From Octopus bimaculoides (Eukaryota), in assembly GCF_001194135.2 (NCBI RefSeq), contig NC_068988.1:74119988-74179798 (forward strand): a stretch of DNA of 59,811 bases, read 5' to 3'. Both the position numbers and the translations under genes were made by a program. Below, one piece after another: positions 35,727-48,517 of the stretch. The notes beneath the pieces were generated by a model, which did no database searches, was not told where the DNA came from, and was given only the letters and a program-made list of their open reading frames with translations. Position 1 is the first letter of the stretch; the number at the start of each line of letters is the position of its first letter.

Positions 35727-36517
35727 GGGTTACAAGGGCATCCAGCTATAAAAACAATGCTTCAATAATATGCATTGATCTAATCCATGCTATCATAAAA
35801 AAATAGACATAAAACAAACAAGCAAATGAATGTACATGTATATATGTCTGCAAATTTGTACTTATTTATGTATTTTATGTATGTTTGTAAGCATGCATGC
35901 ATCCATGTATANNNNNNNNNNNNNNNNNNNNNNNNNNNNNNNNNNNNNNNNNNNNNNNNNNNNNNNNNNNNNNNNNNNNNNNNNNNNNNNNNNNNNNNNN
36001 NNNNNNNNNNNNNNNNNNNNNNNNNNNNNNNNNNNNNNNNNNNNNNNNNNNNNNNNNNNNNNNNNNNNNNNNNNNNNNNNNNNNNNNNNNNNNNNNNNNN
36101 NNNNNNNNNNNNNNNNNNNNNNNNNNNNNNNNNNNNNNNNNNNNNNNNNNNNNNNNNNNNNNNNNNNNNNNNNNNNNNNNNNNNNNNNNNNNNNNNNNNN
36201 NNNNNNNNNNNNNNNNNNNNNNNNNNNNNNNNNNNNNNNNNNNNNNNNNNNNNNNNNNNNNNNNNNNNNNNNNNNNNNNNNNNNNNNNNNNNNNNNNNNN
36301 NNNNNNNNNNNNNNNNNNNNNNNNNNNNNNNNNNNNNNCCACACACACACACATATGATGAGCTTCTTTCAGTTTCTGTCCACCAAATCCACTCACAAGG
36401 CTTTGATTAGCTGGAAGCTGTAGTAGAAGAAATTTGCTCAAGGTACCATGCAGTGGGACTGAATCTGGAACCATGTGGTTGGGAAGCATGCTTCTTATCA
36501 CACACCCACACTGGCAC

Positions 36518-36555
<38 letters not shown>

Positions 36556-36639
36556 GCATGTGCATGTGTATGCGTGTGTGTGTGTGCATGTATGTGTGTG
36601 TTTGCCTGCATTTTTAGATATGCATGCACATATCTGAAA

Positions 36640-36890
36640 AGATTGTACAACCTCAAATTATCCAAAAAGAAACTCATGGCATTGGGTAACTGAATCTGGA
36701 AAATACAAGATCAAAACTTTGACTGTAGCATTAAACAGCAAACTCTCAAAAGAGCAAAGCCATACACAAATGACACAAGAAATTGCAGCTTTTGCATAGT
36801 AGAAAGAATGTACACACCACTTAGAACAAATTGCTCCAACAACTGACAACAAGAAACGAGATATTCGCATCAGATGTATTCTGATTAGCA
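36640..36890 (+). mobile_element. Decayed PLE C-terminal (GIY-YIG tail) fragment of a second lineage
   Basis: Manual translation IWKIQDQNF..LKRAKPYTNDTRNCSFCIVE...RNEIF. Confidence 0.55.
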
Positions 36891-37250
36891 GTACCACACA
36901 GACAAAGCTGAATGCATCTACTATTTTACTGTCCTTCTTCTTTCACAATAACCTAATGAATACAACCTAGACTATATTGATCTGAGCTGCTACCTTTGGA
37001 TTTTAATTTTACTTATACTGAAACTTTTTTTACAATTTTGATTGACAACAGAACTTTCATAGGAGCAGAAACTCAGATTTATAAAAGTCAAGGTTTGTGT
37101 AAATGCAAACCTCTATCACAATATTGACAAATACTATGTTTTCTTGTGTGTTCTAACATATCGTCAATGACCATCATTGCTAGCTACAAGACATTTTGAT
37201 GATTGAAGTAAGTGAAGAGGCTCTGCTCTTATTCCAAACCATGCCTATTA

Positions 37251-40200
37251 CAGTAGAACCTTGCAGTACGAGTGTACCATTGTATGAGCTGACGCTAGTG
37301 CAAATTTTTGTCTTGAAGTACAACTGGAAATCAGCAGTACAAGTGAATTTCATACAAGTGACTACTAGCTGGCACTGAGCGCACATATGCTCTCCTAACA
37401 AGCACAACTTTCACTCGCTCAGTTCACGTGTTTATCTCATGGCAGCATCCCTACTGTGTTTTTCCCAATGTGTTTTTTTAGTTTTGTGCATTTTTTGCTA
37501 TTGTTTTATAATAATTACTTGTGTAGCCATAGGTCTTAGGAAGGTTAGTGCAAAGGACAGTGCTGAAGAGAAGAAAAAGCTGATTATGATAGAACTGAAG
37601 AAGGAAATCATTGATAAACATGAGAGAGGAATGTGTATAGTGGACATAACATGTCAATCCGATTGAAGCACATCAACGATCTGCACCATCCTGAAGAAAA
37701 AGGATGAGATCAAGGTCGTTACAACTGCAAAGGGTGTCTCCAGGCTCTCCAAGCAATGCACCTCTATCCATGAAGAGATGGAAAAATTGCTTCTCCTGTG
37801 GATCAAAGAAAAGCAACTCACAGGGGATATGATTACCATCATCTGCAAGAAAGCATGAGCGCTGTATGGGGATCTCCTGAAGCAGTACCCTGGAACATCG
37901 ACAGAGGAGACACCAGAAGACACATTTAAGACCAATCATGGGTGGTTTGATAATTCCAAGAAGAGGACTGGTGTTCATAACATCAGGTATAGAGAAGCAG
38001 CAAGTTCTGACATGATGGCAGCTGAGGATTTTGTGTGTGAATTCCATCAGCTCGTTGCAGCCAAAGAGTACTTCACACAACAGGTATTCAACTGTGATAA
38101 AACTGGCCTTTTTTTGGAAAAGAAAATGCCTAGAAAAACCTACATAACTGCAGAGAAGAAGACAATGCCAGGCTACAAGCCAATGAAAGAGAGGCTAACT
38201 CTCACCCTTTGTGCCAATGCAAATGGAGATTTTAAGATTAAGCTGCTCCTTGTCTACCATTCAGAAAACCCATAAGCATTCAAGTCGCACAAAATCTTGA
38301 AGGAGAAGCCTCAGGTCATGTGGAGGACAAACGTTAAGGCCTGGGTTATCAGGCAATTCTTCACTGAGTGTGTCAACCTTGTCTTCGGAGCAGTAGTGAA
38401 GAAGCACCTTCTAGAGAACGATCTTCCTCTCAAGGCCTTCCTCGTCCTTGACAATGCTCCTGCTCACCCTCCTAACCTTGAAGATAATATCCTGGATGAA
38501 TTTAAATACATAAAACTCCTGTACCTTTCATGCAACACTATCTTGCAGCCCAAGGACAAATAGGTGATTTCGAATTATAAGAAATTGTACACCAAACACA
38601 AAAAATACAAATCTAACCCTTCATGACAGTTGGAAGGAGCACTACAACATTGTTAACTGCCTGAAAATCATCGATATGGCCTGGCAAGGTGTAATGAGAA
38701 GAACACTGAATTCTGCATGGTGGAATCTGTGGTGTGACTGTGTGTCTGAAAGAGACTCTGAAGGGTTTGAATCTGAGACACCTATAGTCAAAGAGACAGT
38801 GTCTCTTGGACCACGAAGATGACAATGGGGACATTAATGATTTCATTGAGAAACACTCAGAGGAGATTATAACAGATGAACCCCTGCAGCTTCAAGAGCA
38901 GCAGCATTCAAATGCAGTGGAAGAGACTGGTTCTCTGGAGGAGAACATTGTAGTGGAGATGGCTATCTCTACAAGTGACATAAAGGCAGTATTGGCAAAG
39001 TGGCTGTATGTTTCTGAATTTGTAGAAAAATAATCATCCTGGAAAAGTATCTACAGGTTGTGCAGCTGCTTTATTTAACTGCATGATGTTTTTTTTTTAT
39101 CTGGCAGCTAGGTTGCATTGGTGGTAATTCATTCAGTTGCTTGATTCATTCAGTTGCTTGCATGTAGCAACTGTAATTGTGCTAATTGAGATCAGCACCC
39201 AGTGTGAGACAACATTCGGCATATAGTTATGTCAATCGCTTTAGTGCAAGTACTGTTTGCTTACCTAAATTATATCCCTTTGCAGGATGCTCATGCAGTA
39301 TTATTCCTGAATAAGATCACTTAACAGCACAAGTCAGATCAACTTCATATATTTACAATCACATGAATTCAAAAATTGACTTTAGTGTGGTAGAGTTCAA
39401 AACAGGGTACCACACACAGTGGCATACCACATTGTGAACAATGGTATCTAGTTTCGTTACATTTCCCTTTTGTTTTATATATTGTGCATCTCTTAGAAGC
39501 ATTTGTCTTCTTGGCGGTGTGGGGTGGGGAAACAGTCGTGGAAAATGTCTACGTCCCTTCACCAAGCAGTGAGGAGAGAGTCTGGCGTGGAGACATCCAT
39601 GCTTTCTATACTTTGGCAAGTCTGATGCTTCTATCATTTCACAGAACAATAGATTTCTGAATGTCAATCTATCCTCCACACTGCCAAGCATCTGCCAAAT
39701 CAAATGTGAATTCATGACACACAAGTCAACTATATACAAGAAACTTTTTCTGTACCATTTCACAAATTTTCTCACTAATTTGTGTGTCATCACCAACTGA
39801 TCTGAGCAATTGACCTCGCCCATCCCTTCATTGTATGAAGCAACTACACTTGGTTTCATTATGGCATTACTGCCTGCATCTTGTTTCCTAGTACCCTTCA
39901 TGCTTGCAGAATGCATTGTGGATAACATGCAGACGTTTTTCTTGTCACACCACTCTAGAGCGAGAATGCAACTATTGGTGCATCTGTGTGCTGCTTCCCC
40001 CTTTTGAAGTGTAATCTTGTGAAGTTTTATCTTGTGAAGATTGAGCAGCATGTTTTTTTGTGCATCCTCACAGTCCCACAGGCATCAGTCCTCCTTGCCT
40101 GCAGCTGCAGGAAGAGGTCTGGACTGGAAAACCAGTTATTCATATAAATATTGTAGCCTTTGTCAAAGAAGTTTTCATTCAGTAACTACACGACATCATT

Positions 40201-41373
40201 TGATGCCAGAGTAGATGCTGGAAGATTCAATCTGTCCTGATCAGTGTAGATTTTGTAATTCCACATGTACCCACAGGCTCTGCTAGTTGACTGGCATACT
40301 TTATAAACCTTGACTCCAAAGCAGGCACATTTGGTCAGGTTGTATTGTTTGAATTTGAACCTTTACTTGAATTTCCATAAACTCTTGTCCATACAAATGC
40401 CATGTGTGGGGACATAAACCGTTCTGAAATTTTCAGCCACTTTGTCGATAGGACATATTTTATGCAGCCTGTCATCCTGGTTCTTGCTTGAGTTGAAATA
40501 TAGATTTCGAGGAAGCACTAAAAATCCATCACTTGGTATCGTTTCTGGAAAGAAAGGTGTTGATGTGGTTGAAACCCGATTCAAATATGATGATAGAGTC
40601 AGTTTCTTTATGATGCCCATTAGTATCAGCAGTACACAATGACAAAGTTGACAGAGCCAGAGTGGCAAGACCAGCCTATCGGCTTGTAAATATTTACATG
40701 AAACATCTAATCAGCCTATTAGTTGGCAAGTGGACCAGTACTAACTCAGGCGATAGGTTCTAAGTCAGACGGTGTATAATTACATTGACTGATTTAAAGC
40801 ATGTACATTGCATGTGTAAATTTACAACAACCATTTTAAAAGGGTTAATGACACTGCTCTGGTGCATTTTCATAACATTTTGAAAAGCAGGAAAAAGAAG
40901 ACTTCTCTTGATATGTTACTAATGAAATGTCCTGCAAATGTGAAAAGTGAAGAAAGTTTATCCAAAAAGCCTAAATTAAGTGAAGTGAGAGAGAAAATGC
41001 CAAAAATTGTTCTTCTTGAAGTCTTAATGGAAGGAGATTCTCCTTCCAAACAATAATCCTCCTCCTCCCCGCTCCATCATCTTCTTCGCACACTAATCAT
41101 CTCGTCTTTAAGGTAATTAAATTAATAAAACCAGTTTATATATTTCTTTTGCATTCTCTTTTAGCATGTCTTTATAATTATCATTTTCATTGTAACTGCA
41201 CCTTTTCTGTTTTAAAACCCATAAAAAATGGTTTTTGGATGGTATTGTGAGGCTGGAATGGATTAAATATATTCTGATTAATTTCAATGGGGAAAATTGA
41301 TTTGCAAAGTGAGTACATTGTAAAACGAGCTCAGTCATAGAACAGATTAAACTCATACTGCAAGGTATGACTG
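37251..41373 (+). mobile_element. Tigger/pogo DNA transposon, complete ends, interrupted by piggyBac
   Basis: TA-flanked TIRs CAGTAGAACCTTGCAGTACGAG / CTCATACTGCAAGGTATGACTG; HTH IELKKEII; VFNCDKTGLF, KERLTL, LDNAPAHP, LQP, HFHNILKSR. Confidence 0.93.
39079..40844 (-). mobile_element. piggyBac transposon relic inserted at TTAA
   Basis: TTAA at 39075-39078 and 40845-40848; CCCTTT terminus at the right end; MDKSLWKFK, WCDKKNVCMLSTMH, YNEGMGEVNCSDQ, KWYRKSFLYIVD; Cys-rich C-terminus. Confidence 0.9.
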
Positions 41374-41451
41374 TATTTTCTTTTGTACGTGAAACTTGAG
41401 TTATTGTTCAAATCTATAAAGTTACTGTATATGAAAATAACTCTGTGTGAC

Positions 41452-41514
<63 letters not shown>

Positions 41515-42431
41515 ATCTATACATACACACATACAGACACACATACACACACACACACACAATCATCATCATCATTTATAGTGATTTAAAATTTTAATTG
41601 CATGACAAGTAACCAGTATTTAGAACAACACAAATACTTCTATATGTCTGAAGTAAAACTTGTATTGTGTTCTAAGTGTCAATAGACCAAGTTTCATTTG
41701 GTTGAGCATTCTTTTGATTAAAGTCACATAAATGCCAAAATGAACAGTTGATTGTTTGGCAATTTCCATAAAAAATTTTTATTTATTTACTTTTATTTTC
41801 AAGACCTGTTGAAGCCAACATTTGCTTTTCACGAAAAGATTCATCTCAATGAGCACATTCTTTCAAAACCAATTAATCTATACTTTTCTTTTAAAATAAC
41901 TGAGTTACTTTGACTCAAAGTCAATTTTTCACCTTACACACCCTTTTTGACCTCACATATTTTGACCTCACATATTTTGACCTAACATTTTTTTTAATGA
42001 ATCAATTTTCAGTTATCTAATCTCAAAGTATAGCTGAAGACTGGACCATCATTGCTTAAAAAAATGCATTCAGCTTGGTGGAGAGCTGAATTAGTGATGA
42101 AGCCTAGAAGTGCTCAAGAGTAATTAAAAGTTGACCTTAAAAATATATTCACCCACTGCTATGGGTGAATGATACTACATTTACTAATGTCATCTGATAC
42201 ATTTCGTTAACACAGAATGGTTCTTCATTCTTTTATTCTTTTATTTGTTTCAGTAATTTGACTGTAGCCATGCAGGTTATATAATTAAATTGCATTGTCA
42301 AATCATTGAAGTTGCATAACTTTCATTTGTACTTTTACTGGATTAGTGACAGTGTTGCTATCACTGGTTCAGCAACATTATGTCACTGATAACCATTCTT
42401 TGTTAATGAAATATATGTATAATGATATAAC

Positions 42432-42750
42432 TGGCACATCATTGGTTACAACAGTGAGGGTTCCAGTTGATCCAATCAATGGAACAACCTACTCATGAAA
42501 TTAATGTGCAAGTGGCTTAGAACTCCACAGACATGCACACCCTTAACATAGTTCTCAGGGAGATTCAGCATGACACAGGATGTGACAAATCTGACCCTTT
42601 GAAAAACAAGTACTACTCTTTTTCAACAGATGAGTTGACCAATGCAACATGAAATAAAATGTCTTTCTCAATGACACATGTTGCATGGTATTGAACTCAT
42701 GACCTTACGATCGTGAGCTGAATACCCTAACCACTAAACCATGCTCCTTC
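42432..42750 (-). mobile_element. tRNA-derived SINE family A
   Basis: Reverse complement of the 20263/30466 copies. Confidence 0.85.
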
Positions 42751-42983
42751 ACATGATAATATAACTGAATATTTCATAAACAAACTCTCCTGTTTTGTTT
42801 TATTTTTACCTCTTTCTCTCACCCCCTGTCTCTACCCCTCCTACTTCCTTATAACCTCATTTAACCTTTTTTATTAATCTGATTTTTTTCCCCTTCTTTT
42901 GTCACATTGTTTTGGTTTATTACTTTCACTTTTTTACCATTCTCATTTCTCTACTCACCATTTTAATGTCTTTATTTTTCCAG

Positions 42984-43732
42984 ATCAATCAACAAGATTC
43001 TAACAGTAGGACACCTCTATATATGGCCTGTGAGGATGGATACCATAACTTAGTTGAATTGTTACTGAAGTCTAATGTTGATGTCAATATGGCTGATAAA
43101 CATGGTAGAACACCTCTACATGTGGCCTGTCGTGGTGGATACACAGACACAGTACAAATGTTATTGCAGTTTAAAGCCAATGTCAATATGGTGGATGAGT
43201 ATGGTAAAACACCTGTACATATGGCCTGTAGTGAAGGATACTCTGCCACAGTTTTAGTCTTATTGCAATTTAAACCTGACATTAATGTGGTAGATAACTG
43301 TCATAACACACCTTTACATATGGCCTGTCATAGAGGACATCACAACATAGTAGAGGTGTTATTGCAGTCTAAAGCTGATGTTAATGTGGAAGATAGATAT
43401 GGCAGAAAGCCTCTACATATGGCCTGTTTTAGTGGACACTCTGGCACTGTAAAGGTGTTACTGAAGTTTACAGCTGATGTCAATATGACAAATAAGTATG
43501 GTAACACACCTCTACATTTGGCCTGTTATGGAAAACACATTGGTACAGTAGAGGTGTTATTGAAGTCTACAGCTGATGTCAATGTGGGGAATAGCAAAGG
43601 TAATACACCTCTACATGTGGCCTGTGGTAGTGGTGGACATGCAGACACAGTGAAAATGTTGTTGCAACATAAACCTGATGTTAATATGAAGAATAGATTT
43701 AATGACACGCCTCTACATCTGGCAGTTCTACA
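42984..43732 (+). CDS. Ankyrin-repeat gene exon D: ~7.5 tandem ankyrin repeats in one 749-nt exon, phase 0-2
   Basis: Open frame INQQDSNSRTPLYMAC...NDTPLHLAVL; CAG acceptor; GTAAGT donor; ~99-bp periodicity. Confidence 0.96.
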
Positions 43733-43877
43733 GTAAGTTCAAGAGCAGATCAGGAATCTTGACATCTGTCTTTTCTTGAAATTTGGTTTTTCTGTTTCAA
43801 ATAATGTTTGTTTTCATTGAGTCATTAATGTTGTCTCTCCACAGGTTATCAATGACTCATAACTCTACTTCATTAAG

Positions 43878-44127
43878 TAATCATCATCATCATCACCACC
43901 ACTACCACCACCACTATCATCATCATCATAATCATCACCATCATCTTCATCATCATTGCCATCATCACCATTACCATCAGTGAGATTTGAGGAAACTTGT
44001 CACTAAACCTCAGGATAACACCTCTGCTAATTAAATTAGCATGTAATAGCTCTTTTATAATAATAATGATAAAATAATAATAATAATAATAATAATGATA
44101 ATAATAATAATAATAATAATAATAATC
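43878..44127. repeat. (CAT/CAC)n and (TAA)n microsatellites
   Basis: Direct reading. Confidence 0.95.
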
Positions 44128-44715
44128 ATAGCAGCCCAAGATTAATGCTTACCTACAAGAAACTACCAGGCCAACATATTAAAGAATGGTAGCTTCCCAA
44201 CATGTCGTGTATGTCAACAACAAAATGAAACCATCGATCATGTTGTCTCCATGTGCAGTCTGCTTGCGCCTACAGAGTATCTCAACAGGCATGATAGAGC
44301 TGCACAATATATTCACTAGCTAATTTGCAAAAACCTGGACCTGCCCCATGATAAAAACTAGTGGGAATACAAACTGCCTCCAGTGCTTGAAAATGATCAC
44401 ATCTCACTCTGGAACTTCACCATTCAAACTGACAGAAAGATAGATGCAAATAGGCTAGACATTATATTGAAAGACTTCAGACAAAAATCATATCTCCTCA
44501 TTGATATGACTGTCCCAATCGATATAAACGTATCTGTCAAGACCTACCAAAAACTGAGCAAGTATAAAGATCTTGAAATCGAAATTAGCAAAATGTGGAA
44601 CCTGAAGACTAAAGCAATATCTGTTGTCATAGGTGCCCTAGGAATGATAGCAAAAGGGGCTGATTGCTACCTAGCTCAGATATCAGGAAACCCCAAAATG
44701 GCAGAAATTCAAAAC
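44128..44715 (+). mobile_element. R4/Dong-clade LINE 3' fragment (CCHC + restriction-like endonuclease)
   Basis: AAQD..LPTRNY; CRVC...ETIDHVVSMC; RHD; ANRLDII; LIDMTVP; KLSKYKDL; VVIGALG. Confidence 0.9.
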
Positions 44716-44739
44716 CTCTTTAGAATAACTAAGTGGAAG

Positions 44740-47700
44740 CTCCACTAACTGTATTGTCTGACTGGCAGATAACTGTGAGCACCTGGTGGTACTCTAGGTT
44801 TAGATGCTCTGCCTTGGTCTATGCTTCATACAAGACTGAAGCTAAGTCAAAGAGATGAGGTGTGATAAAGTATGTCTGCCAAACAGTGACTACACCTGCT
44901 CATCATCAAGGAAATGCTGGATATGTCATAACCTCAGTGCATGTCTGTGCATCATCAGCCACGGCATACCCAGTCCTCCATTCAGTGGGTTTTGGCAACA
45001 AATGGAGCGCTGGACAAATGGAATACCTCCTTTCTACTGAAAGTGGAAGAGTAGATTCTCCAGTCTGTTCAGATGAACAAGGCACAACAGTCAGGCAGTA
45101 ATATATAGTGGAGGTGATGTATGCATCTGCCACCTCTACCTGAAGATCTGGACTAAACCAGACCCTAAGTGTTTTAACTAGTCTGTCCAGTGTCGCACAA
45201 TGTTACTGGATGGCATGGACCTGCTTCTCCAGGTGCCAAAATGCATGCCCACTGACTTTTCTTGGTTAGTTTTTGTTCCTTTCTTTTAGAGCAGTGCCAA
45301 TCAGGTCTATTTGTCTGCTATTCAACATTATGATGGTGATGTCCTCAGTCAAACCTTCCAAGCCATGCCAGCATGAAAAGCAGACATTAAACGACGATGA
45401 TGAAGATGATGATGATGATAATGTCATATGCTGAGACAGTTCTCTCACATTCTTGTTCATATGGAATGACCCTCAACATCTCCAGTTTCTACTGCAGTGT
45501 CTCTAGCATCAGTACATACAGAAGAGATGAGAAAGAACAACCTTGATAGATCAAGCACAAAATACTGAATGGTTCTGTTTGGTAACCATTCACCCAAATT
45601 ATTGAGCAGATGTCACTGTATGTTGCATGAATCCAACCATGGAAGATGGTACCAAATCTGACTATTGTAAGAATGGCAGCCAAGTATTTGCGGTTGACTC
45701 TATTGAAGGCTGGATCCAAATTGATCAGGGCCCTACTCATGCTAGGTTCTTTAGCCCCCTCTCTATGATGTATGGCATGAAGCAGAAGTTGTCATGGATA
45801 GGTCTTCTTGGGATAGTGCATCCCAAGTAGATCACCAATAAGTTCCTTGATAACACATGCCAACCTCTTTGCTAACACCTTTGCTAAAATTTTGAAATCC
45901 TCATTTAGCAGAGTTCTGCTACTAGATATCTGCTAAGAGGCCTCCAGATAAGCCTGGCATATAAAAGCAAAGCTTTTAAGGCAGACCATCCAAACCCAGT
46001 GATTTACTCCCACCCCACCCACCATGAAGCCTATCATCACTTTCTGCATTTATGTGGCTATAATTGGCTTATTGCAATGTTCTGCTTCCTTTTCCAAGAG
46101 TCATAGCAGACCTTCAATGTAGGCACAGAGGTCCATCCTAAACAAAGTGCTGCTGAAATGCTGTACACATCTGCTCAGGCTTCAGCAACACATGTCTATT
46201 TTGTTCCACCAAAGACTGAATTGCAGCTTTGTTGCCAAGCTGTGCCTCTGCCTTAAAGCATGTACCTTAGCTCTAACAATACAACCTTCATACTTAGCAC
46301 TGAAGAATTGGTCAATGGCCAATCTCACCTTGAGCAGTTGCAATGCCTTTTTTAAGCACCTCTTCTAAGTTTCTAATAAAGTTTCTATCTATTCTTTCTG
46401 TTGCTGTGGCCTTACAAACATGATTCTACTCTAAATGTCCTTTACAGGACAAATCACCACTGACCCTGTCAAAGCCCACTTAACTAATTTGCTAATCTAG
46501 TCTCTGTAAGCTTGACACACAGGGAGTGACATACTCAGCTTTTAGTGACCAGATCCTTTCCTGTAGAGCCTATTTAGATCAATCATACAGATCACAAATT
46601 TGTCGTCTGTTTGGCTGATGATTCTAAAAAGTGGATAACCTATGCTATCCTTATCTACTAACCTATATAATACTCTATCTAAATACGACCTAGATGACCT
46701 GATGTGGTTTGTCCATGTCAGCATCGGTACATTTGGGAAATTCAATCACTATGTGTCAGACAGTTTCAAATCTAAACAGCTTTGCAAATCTTTCACACAC
46801 CCTCTTCTAGCAGGTAGCTCCACACACTCAAAACATGCATCCAAGAATGCATTCCAGTTGCCCTCTAGCACTAAAGATAAGGACATTCCCATGAAAACCT
46901 CCAAATGTCTGAAGAAATCCAGTAGTCCTACCCTGTTTACAGCCATCTGTTTAATGCAACCCAATTGCCACCATTTAAATCCAGGATCACAAACTTACAT
47001 TCTGGGTCCAAGCAGATGGCCCTTATCTTAATACCCAGACCTTTCCAAAACAATACTACAGTTCCACCTGCTATTCCTGGTTGATGTGGAGTAAATCTCA
47101 TATCCACTGAAAACGGGCATGAAAACTTGTGGATTCAGAAGTCTGGTCTTGCTGATGGCTTCAACATCTATATCTAGTGTAACCTGAAATTGTTAAGTAG
47201 GAGGCCCAGTTTCCAAGGTGACTCTGAGCTATGTACATTTATACAGCCTATTCTGAGCATTTATTTATACAGCCTATTCTTGTTAGACAAGAGAGAAGGA
47301 GAATGAAAATAAACACACTATTTTTGTAGAAGAAAGGTGTTTCGTTCCTCATGCTAGATGTGGGTATTTCCATGAGGAGTTCATTATATAGCATTTTGTC
47401 TATGATGGACCTAAATCCTCTGTCAAATGTAGGGTGTTTATTTTTTGAAGTGGAGTGTATTGTGAAATTTGGATAATTTTTATGTGTAGTGCAATGCTAT
47501 TGGTTAATGTGATGTAGTTGTCATGTGTGATCTTAGTATTTTTGTGTATGTGTTTTATTGTTTGTGTTTATGGTGGTGTAGTTAGTAATGCCTTGTTTTT
47601 GTTCATGTTGAGGAAACAATCATTATTGTTAGTGTATATATGCTTGTGATAATGGTCTGTGATAGCAATGACAGTGATAGTGCTGGTGTAGCTGCTGTTA

Positions 47701-48450
47701 AAGGTGGTGTTGGTGTGTTGTTGCTTGAAAGTACTTCCCCTATTTCTTCATATCACCCAGTTTTTTGGATTGGCATATTTTCTTTTCTTTGCCTTTGTTA
47801 CTGTTTGCTATTTGGAGTCCTCCTTGTCACCTTCACTACATGACATATCTGTGTGGTGTAAGTCAGAGAGAAGTGTCTTTGGGAGGTTTGTGGTATTGTT
47901 TGGTTGATATAGTTGTTGTTTGTGGGTTTCTGTTGCTGTATTTGTTGCTTTTGTCTGTGATTTGTTAATCCTTGATGTTGGTGTATTTTCTGTTGTTTCA
48001 CTTGGTTCTCTTTTGTTGTTGTTGTTGCATTCACTGCTGCTGCTGCTATTACTGCTGTTTTGGTGCCGCTAGTTTTACTCTTGTTGCTTTGGTAGTTGTC
48101 TGCCTCTGTTGGGACTGTTTGTGCAGCTGTTGCTGTTTTTGTTGTATATGTGATAGTGATGATGGTGGTAATGTTTTTTCTTATTACCTTTGTTGTAAGC
48201 AGAAAGCTTTGAGATATTTTTGTTACCATGCAAGTGACACATCAGCCTTCTGCCCTTGACAGTTATGTGTAATTTCGTGCTGTCTAGTAGATTAAGCAGG
48301 TCAGTTCCATACCAATTATCCATTTTTATGAGCATTTCTATACCTTTTCTTGATCAATTCTGTTTCTGCAGAACACTGGTCCTCTCTTTTATATTGAAGA
48401 GAACTGCCACCACCAACCAGCAGATGTTAATTTTGGGGGTCACTTGATTA
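44740..48450 (-). mobile_element. Second Tx1/L1-clade element, heavily decayed (ORF1 remnant, EN, RT, C-terminus)
   Basis: GCINVHS (cf. GCLNVRS); SRSYLDRVL; RKGSGHW; AFNRVNRKYL; QGCSFSSLLYVL; GGLGMP; ORF1-like KLHITVKGRRLMC. Confidence 0.75.
45330..45425 (+). mobile_element. RTE-type 3' tail inserted in the Tx1 copy
   Basis: CCATGCCAGCATGAAAAGCAGACATTAAACGACGATGATGA matches the 11276 family tail. Confidence 0.65.
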
Positions 48451-48517
48451 TCTATATTTTAAAAGGCCTATGGCCAAGCTAAATCTGTAAGAGGACAAGT
48501 TCATCACTTGTTAAAAT

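Noticed and set aside
42989-43708. Antisense and alternative-frame ORFs over exon D
   Set aside because: Shadows of the repetitive ankyrin coding frame.
47600-48250. Thr/Gln-rich or Cys-rich host protein ORFs
   Set aside because: Low-complexity sequence lying between the ORF1-like and ORF2 remnants of the decayed Tx1 copy.
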